From assembly GCA_964624855.1 (NCBI GenBank), contig CAZUZW010000008.1, positions 8,993 to 72,992 on the forward strand: a DNA stretch of 64,000 nt, read 5' to 3'. The notes beneath the pieces were generated by a model, which saw nothing but the letters and a program-made list of their open reading frames with translations, did not search any database and had not been told where the DNA came from. The stretch is from an uncultured Vicinamibacteraceae bacterium. GTDB taxonomy: Bacteria; Acidobacteriota; Vicinamibacteria; Vicinamibacterales; UBA8438. Positions within the stretch are counted from its first letter, which is position 1, and each line of letters starts with the position of its first letter. Made by a program: the position numbers and the translations under genes. This document shows positions 17,643 through 29,259 of the stretch, piece by piece.

Positions 17643-19709
17643 ATGCCACCGCCGATTCTAAAGAAGCGCCCCCATCACCTTGAACTCAATGGTGATATTC
17701 GAGTGGATGAATATTATTGGTTGAGAGAACGATCGAATCCTGAGGTTACGGCATATTTAACTGCTGAGAACCAGTATGTTGACGAGTGCTTGGGGCACAC
17801 ACGGAAACATCAGGAGACTTTATTTGAGGAGATCAAGGGGCGGATCAAACAGACTGACGTTTCGGTACCATACCGCGACGGGAAGCACCTTTATTACTGG
17901 CGTTACGAGGATGGACGAGAGTATCGAATTTATTGCCGACAATTAGAGATAGGCGCCGTTGAGGAAGTGACACTTGACGTTAACAAAATTGCTGAAGGAC
18001 ATAGCTACTGCGATGTTGGCGGACTCAAGTTTAGTCCGGATGAGCGACTGCTTGGGTATGCAGTCGACACAGTTGGCCGACGGCGATATGACATCTGTTT
18101 TCACGACGTTAATAAGGGAGTTGTAGTTAGTGATGTGATTAAAGATGTCACAGGAAATTTCGTATGGGCCAACGATAATGCGACTATTTTTTACACCCGC
18201 CAGCATGATTCGACGCTTCGCGCTTATCAGGTCTATCGCCATCGCCTCGGTCAGGATGTGTCAACAGATGAATTGGTCTATGAAGAAACCGACGAGACTT
18301 TTGGATGTGGCGTTGGTAAAAGTCGGTCCCAGCGACACATTCTGATTGGTTGCTACCAAACGCTCACTACGGAGTACCACGTTCTTGATGCAGACCATCC
18401 AGAGAATCCTCCGCGCGCATTTGTTCGCCGAAAAAATGGACACGAGTATCACATCGACCACTATAACGATAGATTCTTTGTCCGGAGTAATGCGGGAGCC
18501 AAGAATTATCGTCTTTTAGAAACAAGCGATGAGCCGAGCCGATGGAGTGAGCAACACTGGCAGGAACTCGTTCCCCATAGGGACGGAGTGTTGCTAGAAA
18601 CATTTGAATTATTTGCACAGTTTCTAGTGCTGCAAGAACGAGTTGATGGTCTTGTGAGGCTTTGCGTTCGACCGTGGACTGGAGATGGTGCACACGAAGT
18701 TATCTTCCCGGAACCTGCCTATGACGCGTATATCGATGCGCATAACAAAGTAGTAGATACGACAGTGCTTCGTTTCGGATATAGCTCTCTAAGTACGCCA
18801 GCATCTGAATACGATTACGACATGGTCACACGTGAGCGAACTCTGTTGAAATGTGAAGAAGTTCTCGGTGGATTTCAATCTGAGAATTATCGAACGCGGC
18901 GACTTATGGCCAAGACTGCCGATGGTGTTGAGGTTCCGATCTCACTAGTGTCCCGTTGTGATACACCGGTGGACGGGTCTAGCCCACTGTTGCTGTACGG
19001 ATATGGGTCGTATGGGATCAGCATGGATGCTGATTTTCGATCCACTCGACTCAGTTTGTTGGACCGAGGGTTTGTCTTTGCAATTGCTCATGTTCGGGGT
19101 GGCGAGGAACTCGGTCGTGAGTGGTATGACGCGGGGAAACTACTAAATAAAAAAAATACATTCACGGATTTCGTGTCGTGCGCTGAGCATCTCATCGCCG
19201 AGCGTTACACATCTGCAGACCGGCTATTTGCGATGGGAGGGAGTGCTGGTGGTTTGTTGATGGGGGCGGTCTGCAATATGCGACCTGATTTGTTTCACGC
19301 CGTTGTCGCCCAGGTACCCTTTGTCGATGTTGTGACTACGATGTCAGACCACACGATTCCGTTGACGACTGGCGAGTTTGACGAATGGGGAGACCCGCAG
19401 GATTCACTTTACTACGACTATATGAAATCTTACTCGCCTTATGACAACGTCACTCCGCAGGCATACCCGCATCTGTTGGTAATGGCTGGACTTCATGATT
19501 CGCAGGTACAGTACTGGGAGCCAGCCAAATGGGTTGCCAAACTTCGCACGGTCAAGACCGACGATAATCTTCTACTCCTCAAAACGAATATGGATGCAGG
19601 GCATAGTGGATCTTCAGGGCGCTATCGACGGTACCGTGAGGTTGCACTCCAGTATGCTTTCTTGCTTGATCTGGCGCCGCCTGGGACTACTTCAAACACA
19701 CTCTCTTGA
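17643..19709 (+). CDS. ptrB: Oligopeptidase B (S9A)
   Basis: DEYYWLRER, YGYGSYG, GGSAGG nucleophile, DSQVQYWEPAKW, GH. Confidence 0.93.
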   Translation: MPPPILKKRPHHLELNGDIRVDEYYWLRERSNPEVTAYLTAENQYVDECLGHTRKHQETLFEEIKGRIKQTDVSVPYRDGKHLYYWRYEDGREYRIYCRQLEIGAVEEVTLDVNKIAEGHSYCDVGGLKFSPDERLLGYAVDTVGRRRYDICFHDVNKGVVVSDVIKDVTGNFVWANDNATIFYTRQHDSTLRAYQVYRHRLGQDVSTDELVYEETDETFGCGVGKSRSQRHILIGCYQTLTTEYHVLDADHPENPPRAFVRRKNGHEYHIDHYNDRFFVRSNAGAKNYRLLETSDEPSRWSEQHWQELVPHRDGVLLETFELFAQFLVLQERVDGLVRLCVRPWTGDGAHEVIFPEPAYDAYIDAHNKVVDTTVLRFGYSSLSTPASEYDYDMVTRERTLLKCEEVLGGFQSENYRTRRLMAKTADGVEVPISLVSRCDTPVDGSSPLLLYGYGSYGISMDADFRSTRLSLLDRGFVFAIAHVRGGEELGREWYDAGKLLNKKNTFTDFVSCAEHLIAERYTSADRLFAMGGSAGGLLMGAVCNMRPDLFHAVVAQVPFVDVVTTMSDHTIPLTTGEFDEWGDPQDSLYYDYMKSYSPYDNVTPQAYPHLLVMAGLHDSQVQYWEPAKWVAKLRTVKTDDNLLLLKTNMDAGHSGSSGRYRRYREVALQYAFLLDLAPPGTTSNTLS

Positions 19710-19778
19710 CGACTTAAGGGTGGTGTGTCGTAATTTCTGATCTACGATTAGTAGACCGTTTCAGCAAGTGGGGGGCAC

Positions 19779-21125
19779 GTGAGACAAAAAGTTCGAGTCG
19801 GACATCGGGACTTGGTTTCGATCTCGTTGCGGCACAATGCGATCGGGCAGTTGTTACGCTTAACGAGTCCGCTGGTCCTCTTACTTGTCTTGGCTTCGCA
19901 GGTGTCAATTTTTGCCAATAATTGGCCAAATTGGCGAGGGCCGACGAGAAACGGTGTATCCACAGAAGCTGTACCTGTCGAGTGGGACGCGGACAAGAAT
20001 GTGGTCTGGAAGCTTGAGATGCCAGACTGGACCGGTTCAACTCCAGCGATCTGGGAAGAATCGATTTTCCTTAATGTTGCAGCCGGTGACAATTTGGAAT
20101 TGTGGTGTCTTGACCGCAATACGGGACAACCGGTCTGGAAGCGCTTTCTAAGTGATGGCAATCATCGCCAGCGAAAACAGAACATGTCGTCGCCATCGCC
20201 GGTCACTGATGGCCAGTATGTGTGGGTGATGACGGGTACGGGCATATTGAGGGCGTTCAACTTTGATGGCGATGAAATCTGGATGCGAGACATTCAGGCG
20301 GATTACGGCCCATTTGGGTTGAACTGGGGGTACGCCTCATCGCCGCTGCTTGATGGCAATGCGTTGTATGTGCAGGTGCTTCACGGTATGAAGACCGATG
20401 ATCCTTCATATGTTTTACGAATCGATGCAGCTAATGGCGAGACTGTTTGGAGGCAAGAACGTCCAACTGAAGCTTTACGTGAGTCACCCGATTCCTATAC
20501 GACCCCCGCTTTACTGACCTACGATGGCACGACAGAGATAGTCATTACTGGTGGCGACGCCGTTACCGGGCATGATCCTGAAAGCGGCCAAGAACTGTGG
20601 CGAGCTGATGGGTTGAATCCCACCAGAAACGGCGCTTATCGGATCGTGGCTTCACCGGTGATTGAGGCTGGTCTGATCATTGCTCCGACTCGGGTGAGGC
20701 CGTTATTGGTTCTTGAAGCAGGGGGCCGGGGTGACGTGCTCGCTTCTCATGTGGTGTGGGAGGCGGAAGATGGACCCGATGTCCCGACACCAGTTACTGA
20801 CGGGGACTATCTATATATCGTTAACGACCAGGGAATTGTCTACGTGCATGAACTGAGGACCGGTGCTTTGGTTTATGGACGTCAGCGGCTACGGCCAGGG
20901 ACATACAGTGCATCACCGGTGATTGCGGATGGTCGAATCTATGTCACCAATGAATCTGGGTTAACGAGTGTGTTTAGCACCGGTCCGGAATTTCAGCTAT
21001 TGGCTGAAAATGATTTGGATGATTACACGTTGAGTTCACCGGCGCTTTCGGATGGCCAAATTTTCATACGGACTACCGAGTATCTGTACGCGATCGGAGA
21101 GCGTCGCCGAGGCAGTGCTGAGTAA
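19779..21125 (+). CDS. Secreted PQQ-like/BamB-like beta-propeller protein
   Basis: Signal peptide then NWPNWRGP; repeated SSP and GxxxW Trp-docking motifs; start uncertain. Confidence 0.85.
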   Translation: MRQKVRVGHRDLVSISLRHNAIGQLLRLTSPLVLLLVLASQVSIFANNWPNWRGPTRNGVSTEAVPVEWDADKNVVWKLEMPDWTGSTPAIWEESIFLNVAAGDNLELWCLDRNTGQPVWKRFLSDGNHRQRKQNMSSPSPVTDGQYVWVMTGTGILRAFNFDGDEIWMRDIQADYGPFGLNWGYASSPLLDGNALYVQVLHGMKTDDPSYVLRIDAANGETVWRQERPTEALRESPDSYTTPALLTYDGTTEIVITGGDAVTGHDPESGQELWRADGLNPTRNGAYRIVASPVIEAGLIIAPTRVRPLLVLEAGGRGDVLASHVVWEAEDGPDVPTPVTDGDYLYIVNDQGIVYVHELRTGALVYGRQRLRPGTYSASPVIADGRIYVTNESGLTSVFSTGPEFQLLAENDLDDYTLSSPALSDGQIFIRTTEYLYAIGERRRGSAE

Positions 21126-21258
21126 GCCTAGGTCGTCAGAGTGCGCGGTCTCGCTGTGACAGGCAATCTTTCATCCTGTAGTGATTAGTGTGGCAGCTTC
21201 GCCTCCGCTGACCAGATATGTCTGTTGCCTCAATTAATAGTCTGTCGGATAGAGATTC

Positions 21259-21510
21259 ATGACTTCGATGAAAAACTTCCTGCTGGGCCTTGGTGTGGTT
21301 ACGTTATATGCCCTGCATCAGGACATCTGGTTTTGGGATGTGGCTCAACCGCTTGTATTTGGATTCCTACCAGTAGGACTTTTCTATCACGCAATCTATT
21401 CAGTTGCTATTGCATTGTTCATGGTTTTTCTGGTGAAAGTTGCTTGGCCTGTCGAGCTTGAACGCGAAGTCGAGCGTGAGTCGCATGATTCAGGTGAGGA
21501 CGTTTCATGA
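21259..21510 (+). CDS. Small membrane partner of the SSS transporter (DUF3311-like)
   Basis: [21 protein letters not shown]; two TM helices; overlaps the SSS start. Confidence 0.75.
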   Translation: MTSMKNFLLGLGVVTLYALHQDIWFWDVAQPLVFGFLPVGLFYHAIYSVAIALFMVFLVKVAWPVELEREVERESHDSGEDVS

Positions 21511-23117
21511 TTCCCGCTGCGGTTGTGTTCGTCTATCTAGGGATCGTGCTCTACATTGGAATCTTTGCATCCCGTCGATTTGATCAGGGGTCGGCTGAGG
21601 GTTATTTTCTCGCTGGAAGGTCGCTGGGGCCGGCAGTGTTCTTGCTGTCGCTGTTCGGTACCAACATGACCGCGTTTACCATTTTGGGTTCTGCGGGGCA
21701 TGCGTTTTCCAATGGGATCGTTACATATGGATTGATGGCGTCGTCTTCGGCGCTCGTCATTCCGATCACACTATTTCTGATTGGCACACGAATGTGGGCT
21801 CTCGGTAAGCGGCATGGATTCATTACCCCAGTTCAAATGTTCAGGGACCGGTGGGAGTGCGGTCACATCGGAACATTGATCTTTGGACTCCAGGCAGTAC
21901 TGCTTTTGCCGTACATCATCATTGCGGTAATGGGTGGCGGGACGACTTTAAGCGCCGTGAGCGGTGGCATTGTGCCGTACTGGTTAGGTGGCGCTGTGGT
22001 TGCGCTTGTTGTGATGAGCTATGTGTTTTTCGGTGGGATGCGAGGAACAGCGTGGGTCAACAGTTTTCAAACCGTTCTCTTCCTCGTATTCGGTGCGGCC
22101 GCGTTGGGGTTGATTGGTTCAAGCTTGGGTGGTTATTCCCAGACGATGACCCGTCTACTAGAATCTGAAGCGACAGCTTCCCTCTTGACCCGCGAACGTA
22201 TATCGCCCCAATTCTTCTTGAGTTATACATTCATTCCGTTGTCGACGATCGTCTTCCCCCACATCATTATTTTTTGCTTGACGGCGCGACGGATGGCGCA
22301 GTTCAAGAAGACCGTTATTTACTACCCGCTGTGTATTCTCGCTATCTGGTTACCGTGCGTGTTTCTTGGTGTTGCCGCCAATGCCATGCTTGATGTACCC
22401 GGCATTGCAGCTAAGCTTGATGCTCGTGAGTTGCTGGCTTCAGGCGAAGTGCTTTCGGTTGCAATGGTGACCGAGTTGCGCCAAATAGCGGCTGGTGATG
22501 ATGTGATCATCTTAATGCTTGAACACTACGCACCGTTATGGATGGCTGGATTACTCGGAGCGGGCATTATGGCGGCGGTTATGGCGAGTGATTCGCAGAT
22601 TCTAGCGTTGTCGACGATGTTTACTGAAGACGTCTTCACATTTTATGGTGGCACGAAACGCTTTGGTGAACGTGTTCAGGTGCAAATGGGTCGGCTGTTT
22701 GTCGTGTTGATCGCCGGGCTTGCCTACGTTATCGCCCTTCGTGCGTCTGCTGGAATCTTTAATCTGGCAGTGCAGTACGCTTTCTCTGGTTATGCAGCGC
22801 TCTTTCCCCTTCTTGTTGGCGCACTCTTTTGGAAACGTAGTACAAAATGGGGCGCGTTCGCGGTAACCCTGTGGACTGCCACGACAGTCGCGGCGGTTGC
22901 TGTGTTTCAGGGGGTAGTCCCTGCGGCGGCTCCAGGAACAACAGTGTCTTATTGGACAGTCGCTGGCGTGGATGTCATTGCGCGAACACCAGGCGGCACG
23001 GACGTTCTTGGTTTTATGCCAGTAGTACCGATGACTATTGTTTCAGCGCTGTTAATGGTAGCGGTTTCACTTGTCACTACGCGTCCCAGTCAAGCCACCT
23101 TGGAAAAGTACTTTTGA
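21507..23117 (+). CDS. Sodium:solute symporter
   Basis: [26 protein letters not shown]; many TM helices. Confidence 0.92.
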   Translation: MIPAAVVFVYLGIVLYIGIFASRRFDQGSAEGYFLAGRSLGPAVFLLSLFGTNMTAFTILGSAGHAFSNGIVTYGLMASSSALVIPITLFLIGTRMWALGKRHGFITPVQMFRDRWECGHIGTLIFGLQAVLLLPYIIIAVMGGGTTLSAVSGGIVPYWLGGAVVALVVMSYVFFGGMRGTAWVNSFQTVLFLVFGAAALGLIGSSLGGYSQTMTRLLESEATASLLTRERISPQFFLSYTFIPLSTIVFPHIIIFCLTARRMAQFKKTVIYYPLCILAIWLPCVFLGVAANAMLDVPGIAAKLDARELLASGEVLSVAMVTELRQIAAGDDVIILMLEHYAPLWMAGLLGAGIMAAVMASDSQILALSTMFTEDVFTFYGGTKRFGERVQVQMGRLFVVLIAGLAYVIALRASAGIFNLAVQYAFSGYAALFPLLVGALFWKRSTKWGAFAVTLWTATTVAAVAVFQGVVPAAAPGTTVSYWTVAGVDVIARTPGGTDVLGFMPVVPMTIVSALLMVAVSLVTTRPSQATLEKYF

Positions 23118-23162
23118 TCAATTAAATACTGGCGTCTGACTTTTGGTCACCATGGACGCTCT

Positions 23163-24461
23163 TCAGTGTTGAGTCGATACGATGCTTTGGTGAAAACCTC
23201 CGAGACCAGCGTAACAGGCGGAGTCGCCAAGGGAATGCTCAATCTCGATCAACCGATTGAATTTTGCAATTCGTTCGCCTCGGCAGCCGGAACCAGTCTT
23301 AATGTGACCGCAACCGGTCGCGACGGCGAGGTCAGCTATAAATGTATCTTCTGTTTCACCTGAACGGTGTGACACATAGACTCCGTAGCCACATTTTTGC
23401 GCGAGTTGTACACACTCCAGTGTCTCGGATACAGTTCCAATCTGGTTTAGCTTGATTAGGATCGAATTCCCAACGCCTTTTTCAATGGCTTCCTGCAGAA
23501 TTGCCGGATTTGTACAGAAGATATCGTCGCCGACTAGTTCCACTTGGTTACCCAACGTTGCGGTCAACTGTTTCCAACCCAGCCAGTCATTCTCGGCCAG
23601 CGCATCTTCGATCAGTACGATCGGATATTTGTTTACCCATGTTTTCCATAATTGGATCATCTCTTGGGTTGTCATATCTTCTTGACCGGATTTTTCGAAA
23701 ACGTAAGTACCGTTGTTCCAAAGTTCACTGGTCGCCGGGTCTAGACACAAGACAATATCTTCACCTGGTCGATATCCGGCTTTTTCAATCGCCCTCAGAA
23801 TGAATTCAACCGCGTCCTCATCGTTACGGAGGTCAGGAGCGAACCCGCCTTCATCTCCGACGCCAGTCGCCTTTCCTTCAGTTCGAAGAAGAGTCTTAAG
23901 CGCATGGAATGTTTCAATGCCCATACGAAGTCCTTCTGAAAATGATGATGCGTTGTGAGGGGCTATCTGAAATTCTTGAAAATCCACTGTGTTGTCTGCG
24001 TGGCGTCCGCCGTTAATCACGTTGAGGCAGGGAACAGGCAGTGGTGACTCTTGGTTGCCACCGAGGTACTTAAATAATGGTTGTCCCGTTGCGGACGCGG
24101 CTGCACGTGCTGCCGCCATTGATACGCCAAGTATTGCGTTTGCGCCCAACCGAGATTTATTTGGTGTGCCATCAAGTTCAATAAGCCGGTCATCGAGACG
24201 TTTTTGGTCTGTAACGTCATAGCCGACGAGCGCAGCATGAATTTCAGTTCGGACGTGAGTGACCGCGGTTTGAACGCCTTTACCGCCATAGCGGTTGGGG
24301 TCACCATCCCTTAATTCGGCGGCTTCACGTTCGCCGGTGGATGCGCCTGACGGAACGATGGCTGAAGCGACTGTACCATCTTGCAAGTGGATCTGAGCCG
24401 ATACTGTTGGATTTCCTCTGGAGTCGAGAAATTCAAGCGCGCCGACTGAGCTAATCTTCAT
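23163..24461 (-). CDS. eno: Enolase
   Basis: DSRGNPT, PSGASTG, GDEGGF, ILIKLNQIG, SHRSGET. Confidence 0.97.
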   Translation of the reverse strand: MKISSVGALEFLDSRGNPTVSAQIHLQDGTVASAIVPSGASTGEREAAELRDGDPNRYGGKGVQTAVTHVRTEIHAALVGYDVTDQKRLDDRLIELDGTPNKSRLGANAILGVSMAAARAAASATGQPLFKYLGGNQESPLPVPCLNVINGGRHADNTVDFQEFQIAPHNASSFSEGLRMGIETFHALKTLLRTEGKATGVGDEGGFAPDLRNDEDAVEFILRAIEKAGYRPGEDIVLCLDPATSELWNNGTYVFEKSGQEDMTTQEMIQLWKTWVNKYPIVLIEDALAENDWLGWKQLTATLGNQVELVGDDIFCTNPAILQEAIEKGVGNSILIKLNQIGTVSETLECVQLAQKCGYGVYVSHRSGETEDTFIADLAVATGCGHIKTGSGCRGERIAKFNRLIEIEHSLGDSACYAGLGGFHQSIVSTQH

Positions 24462-24580
24462 CTACCAACAACCTCCCTACTGTTCGAGTCGCACAGAGCA
24501 TGATAATTCTAGAGTTCTTTTTTCGTGAGAAAGTGCCACGTGCCGTCGCCTCAAGGCCTAACGGTTGCAGCGAAGACTAG

Positions 24581-26551
24581 TCAGTTTCCTTCCTGCTGTC
24601 GATTGATGACCAAGATAGCAACGAACAATACGACACCAGCGACGTCAATTATAGGAACCGGTAAACCAATCAATGCGATTGAAGGCCCTGGTACCAATAG
24701 TAACGCGGCTGCGACTAGGATTGCTCCACGAAGGCCAATGTTGAGAGGAGCTCGTAGCTGTCCGGCGATACCGGCGGCAAAACAGGTGATACCGAGTATC
24801 GCAATGCCAAGTGATGGCAGTATGTTTAGCCAATTTGCCGGTGTTCCGTCGGCTGACAGCATCAAGAGTTCAGGACGGTAGATAAACATGTAGGGAAGCG
24901 TGAATCCAACGAGCGCATATCTAAACGATGCGAGTGCCGTCGGTATGATGGCAGTGCCGGCGATTGATGATGCTGCATATGCAGCTAGTGCGACGGGTGG
25001 GGTAACCATTGACATCATTCCGAAGTAAAAGATGAAGAGATGAGCTGCTAGTGGAATGACACCAAGATTCCCAAGCACTGGTCCTATTAGCGTTGCCATT
25101 AGCAGATAGCAGACTGCAGAAGGCAGTCCCATGCCGAGAATGATCGAAGACACCATAATCAGCAATAACGCCAGAAACAAGCTCTGTTCGGCTAGTGGAA
25201 TTATAGTTGCGGGCAACCGTGTTCCAATTCCGGTGAGAGTTACTGTGCCAATGATTATTCCGACACAGGCCGCTGCTACCACAAGGGGAACAACGCCACG
25301 AGCAGCACTAATTAACCCGCGAACCGTCGTTGTAAGTTTTAAGCGTGTGCTCTCGTGAAAACTGCTTGTGACAATAATTGCTATCAGTGCGAGACTTACG
25401 GCACGAAACGCCGTGTATCCTAAAATCAGAAACACAATCAAACTGCCTAAAGCACTAGCAAAGACGATTCCTTCAAAGCGTGTACTGGGCGGAGTCTTTA
25501 AGTCTTTATCTATGGCGGTCGTTGTCGTAAGCGCCATGCGGCGCGCATGAAAATGGACGATTAGCAACAACGAGAGATAGAACAGGATAGCTGGAATTAA
25601 TGCAGCCCTCACGATTTCGAGGTATGTCACAGCCGGCTCGACAATTTCCAGCATCATGTAAGCGCCGGCTCCCATTACCGGAGGCATCAACGCTCCACCT
25701 GAACTCGCGGCGGCCTGAACTCCGGCGGCAGTTACCGGTTTAAAACCAGCGCTTCGCATCATCGGGATTGTGAATGTCCCAGTTGTAGCTGTGTTGGCAA
25801 CGGCACTACCTGACAGAGAACCCATTAGCCCACTACTGAGTACTGCTACTTTCGCTGGTCCACCCGGGCTTTTGCCGAACACGCGCTGGGCAAAATCGAC
25901 TATGAATCGAGTTGCGCCAGTCGCTTCGAGAAAAGCCCCGAAGATAACGAACAAAAAAACATATGTGAACATCACGCTCAGGGCCGTTCCGAATATTCCT
26001 TGGCTGTGTAGAAATGTTTGCGCAACGATTCGAGGCAGCGAGTAGCCCCGGTGGGGAAACAACCACGATGGAAAGAATGAGCCGAAAGCGGCATAAGACA
26101 GAAAGATGATCGACAGAATTGGTAGCGCCAAACCGAGTGACCGACGCGCTGCCTCGATGACTACCAGCAGGCCCAGGAGACCAATAACCGTATCAGTTGT
26201 GGTTTCGAAACCTGCGCGGTTGCCAAGAGATTGACCATCGACCCAGAAAGCCTCAAACAATGGGTCGGTTTGTACAACGATGTAGCCACAGCAGACTATG
26301 GCGGCTACTCCGAGTCCCACGTCGGTGACATGAGCGACAACAGTCGACTTAAATCGTGGGTGAATAGGGATATTAACAAAGCAAAGCACTAGTCCAAATA
26401 GCGCGAACATGCCCAACCGACTCTGGGGAGCAAGTAAGGGATAATTCACTTCGACCAGAGTGAACACACACAACGTGATCCCAATGACACTGGTGATGAG
26501 TGGTCTGAGGTCTGTTGTTCTAGAGACTGGTTCGCTAGTCATCGTGAGCAT
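24581..26551 (-). CDS. TRAP transporter fused permease (4TM/12TM)
   Basis: GPAKVAV, SGSAVAN, ASSGGALMPPVMGA, LGMGLP, TPPVALAAY. Confidence 0.93.
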   Translation of the reverse strand: MLTMTSEPVSRTTDLRPLITSVIGITLCVFTLVEVNYPLLAPQSRLGMFALFGLVLCFVNIPIHPRFKSTVVAHVTDVGLGVAAIVCCGYIVVQTDPLFEAFWVDGQSLGNRAGFETTTDTVIGLLGLLVVIEAARRSLGLALPILSIIFLSYAAFGSFFPSWLFPHRGYSLPRIVAQTFLHSQGIFGTALSVMFTYVFLFVIFGAFLEATGATRFIVDFAQRVFGKSPGGPAKVAVLSSGLMGSLSGSAVANTATTGTFTIPMMRSAGFKPVTAAGVQAAASSGGALMPPVMGAGAYMMLEIVEPAVTYLEIVRAALIPAILFYLSLLLIVHFHARRMALTTTTAIDKDLKTPPSTRFEGIVFASALGSLIVFLILGYTAFRAVSLALIAIIVTSSFHESTRLKLTTTVRGLISAARGVVPLVVAAACVGIIIGTVTLTGIGTRLPATIIPLAEQSLFLALLLIMVSSIILGMGLPSAVCYLLMATLIGPVLGNLGVIPLAAHLFIFYFGMMSMVTPPVALAAYAASSIAGTAIIPTALASFRYALVGFTLPYMFIYRPELLMLSADGTPANWLNILPSLGIAILGITCFAAGIAGQLRAPLNIGLRGAILVAAALLLVPGPSIALIGLPVPIIDVAGVVLFVAILVINRQQEGN

Positions 26552-26717
26552 CCACGCTTAATCAATAAAGTATTTCGTGTGTTACTCTCGCAACCGGCGA
26601 CTCGTTTCAGGTGGTGGTGCAGTAGCGACTGGTTATTGATTTTGTATGACCATGTCGTAACTCGGTGTTGTGATTCAGTCCACTGAGAGACGATGTTCGC
26701 GCTACCGGCCTCTGTTA

Positions 26718-27716
26718 CTAAGGCCAAATCCCGATTTCCTCGTAATATCGAATTGCTCCAGGATGAAATTCAGTGCCAGTATCACGGACGACATTATTTG
26801 GATTAATGGCCCGTCCCGCAGCATGTTTTTCAACAACAAGTTCGCGATTCTCGTACAAGAGGCGGGTGACCGTGTACACGAGCTCATCCGATGCATTAGC
26901 AGAGGTTATGAAGTGCATCGAGCCAACGTCTAGGCCGTCGAATGGTTCGGTTTGGTTGCGATAGGTTTCGGCTGGAATTGTCGCAGGTCGGAAGAAAAGA
27001 AAATCGTTGATCAACTGTGTCTTTTCCATTTCTCCGAATGGTAGAAACCTGATATCCATTGATGCGGAAGCCTGTGTAATAGATGCAGTTGGAACAGCAC
27101 CTCCTAGAAAAGCAGCGTCTGAAGATCCATCAGTAAGCATGTCGACTGCGGCTTGTTGGGTCGCATTCAGAGGACTGAAATCGTCGTAACTGATGCCGTG
27201 CGCTGAGAGTAGAGGACCTATAAAGTATTCGAATCCAGCTCCTGCGGGCCCAACTGTCACACGGTTTCCTCTGAGGTCTTCGAGTGTTTCGATTCCAGAA
27301 TCAGTAGGGGTCACAAACAAGGCGATATTGGGGGCAAGAGTCATGACAGACCGTACCGGATAGGCTTGGTCCCAACCTTCAGTGCCTCTCACAGCAAAGA
27401 ATGTTATCGCAGAGTTGGATAGTGCGAAGTCCAGTTCACCGGTGATCAACCGGCGGATGTTTTCTTGGGACCCACTGGTTGCTTCTCCAGTTACGCTGAA
27501 TCCTTCTTCGACACCGGTTTCCGTGATGACCTCAGCCAGTGCGCTGCCGACGACAAAGAAGGCGCCGCCAGGTGGAGCGGTTCCCATACTCAAGAAGACA
27601 GGTGCGGTTTCTGAGCCACTGCTCTCATTACTGCCTCCGCACGATACGATCAAAGTGGCAATCAAAACGGTGAACGGAACAAATAGAGCGCGGTGCACAG
27701 ACCCTCCCTGGGACAT
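26718..27716 (-). CDS. TAXI-family TRAP solute-binding lipoprotein
   Basis: Lipobox IVSC, GTAPPGG, TSGSQENI, FHPGAIRYY. Confidence 0.92.
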   Translation of the reverse strand: MSQGGSVHRALFVPFTVLIATLIVSCGGSNESSGSETAPVFLSMGTAPPGGAFFVVGSALAEVITETGVEEGFSVTGEATSGSQENIRRLITGELDFALSNSAITFFAVRGTEGWDQAYPVRSVMTLAPNIALFVTPTDSGIETLEDLRGNRVTVGPAGAGFEYFIGPLLSAHGISYDDFSPLNATQQAAVDMLTDGSSDAAFLGGAVPTASITQASASMDIRFLPFGEMEKTQLINDFLFFRPATIPAETYRNQTEPFDGLDVGSMHFITSANASDELVYTVTRLLYENRELVVEKHAAGRAINPNNVVRDTGTEFHPGAIRYYEEIGIWP

Positions 27717-27933
27717 TCCCCTGATCTAACCGCCTATGGTACTACGGACCGAAGGTGCAGGGCTGGGGGACAGGCTAGATGTTAGGGAATTGTCTTCTGA
27801 GACAAGGACCGTGAGATGAATAGGTCCGAGTCTCATGATCGGTGGAAGAATTACAAGCTGAGAATCTACGTTTAACGAAGCGGTCGGAAGAATTGCGGAA
27901 GATCCTTATTACTGGTAGAGACTTTTGACCAGC

Positions 27934-29244
27934 TTAGTTTTCCTTGAGAATAAAGCGGCGGGCTTTCATTTCGAAGCGAGGGAGTGCACCTTTCTCCACA
28001 GTATTCACAATTACAGACAGGCCGAGCGCCTCCCGCAATTTGATTTCAACGAGCCGGGTGACTTCATTCGGGTTCGATGCGTCAATTTCAATTTCGACTA
28101 GCAATGCTCCGAGAGCGCCGTCCTGAGTAACCGAGGCGCGGTATTCTACGACTTCGCTGACTGTACGCACTACGGATTCGACAGCAGTAGGGTAGATATT
28201 TACACCGCGTAGACAGACCATATCGTCGGCGCGAGATAAGATTCCGCCCTTTAGACGCGCCAAGGTTCTTCCGCACTGACACTTTTCTGCGGTTCTAATG
28301 ACGATATCTCGAGTTCGATATCGGATAACAGGACTTGCCAGGCGGCCTAGGTTGGTGACTACCAACTCACCTTGGCTACCGTCCGGGATCAAAACTCCTG
28401 TGTCTGGGTCAATCACTTCGCAGATGTACTCGTTCTCGTTCAAGTGTACAAATCCAGGACTGTCCCAGCATTCGAAACTGATTGGACCGACCTCAGTGAG
28501 ACCATGATGGTCAATTACACGTGCTCCCCAACCATTCTCGATCTGCTGTCGGGTTGCCGCAATACTGCCCCCGGGTTCTCCGGCGACAATCAAGACCCTT
28601 ACTGAACTGGCTGCGAGAGAGAGAGTTTTACTTTGATTTTGCTCTTTTGACACTTCGATTAAACGGAGCGCGTAAGTTGGTGTGCAGCACACTACGGTCG
28701 GACGAACGACATCTATTAACCCTAAGCGCATTTCACTGGTCATGCCACCCGCTGGGACGCATTGCGCACCAAGTTGCGTTCCAGCTTCAAACGCTGTCCA
28801 GAACCCTAAAAACGGGCCAAACGAAAACGGAAAGAAAATGCGATCAGTTGAGTTAACTCCGGCAGCTTGATAGACCGCTTTCCAGCACTCAAGCATCCAT
28901 TGCCAACTAGCGTTGGTATCGAGCCAGCGTAAAGGTCTTCCGGTGGTTGACGATGTCTGGTTGTAGCGCGTGTAGTTGGCAACGGGTTCAGATAGTGCGG
29001 TTCCCCAAGGAGGAGTGCTATTTTGGTCAGCAATTAGTTCAGCCTTTTCTGTGAAAGGAAGTTTTGCCAGGTCATCGGGAAGGTTTAGGCTGCTGACGGT
29101 AATTCCTTCGTCTGCAAATTTGTTGTTGTAAAACCGGTTTCGGCCATCGATTATTTCGAGAAGCCGTTTCAAACGGTTAGCTTGGTTGACTTCGATCTCG
29201 TCTCGAGAAAGCTGTTCCGTGGCTGGGGCTTGAGTGGTGGGCAT
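27934..29244 (-). CDS. Phenylacetate-CoA ligase (PaaK)-like aryl-CoA ligase
   Basis: LPFTEK, TSSTTGRP, AGEPG, HGLTEVG, YRTRD, RADDM, GVNIYP. Confidence 0.88.
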   Translation of the reverse strand: MPTTQAPATEQLSRDEIEVNQANRLKRLLEIIDGRNRFYNNKFADEGITVSSLNLPDDLAKLPFTEKAELIADQNSTPPWGTALSEPVANYTRYNQTSSTTGRPLRWLDTNASWQWMLECWKAVYQAAGVNSTDRIFFPFSFGPFLGFWTAFEAGTQLGAQCVPAGGMTSEMRLGLIDVVRPTVVCCTPTYALRLIEVSKEQNQSKTLSLAASSVRVLIVAGEPGGSIAATRQQIENGWGARVIDHHGLTEVGPISFECWDSPGFVHLNENEYICEVIDPDTGVLIPDGSQGELVVTNLGRLASPVIRYRTRDIVIRTAEKCQCGRTLARLKGGILSRADDMVCLRGVNIYPTAVESVVRTVSEVVEYRASVTQDGALGALLVEIEIDASNPNEVTRLVEIKLREALGLSVIVNTVEKGALPRFEMKARRFILKEN

Positions 29245-29259
29245 TCTGATACCTACGAC

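Noticed and set aside
26539-26727. 62-aa ORF spanning the TAXI-permease gap
   Set aside because: Overlaps both neighbours, with no RBS or motif.
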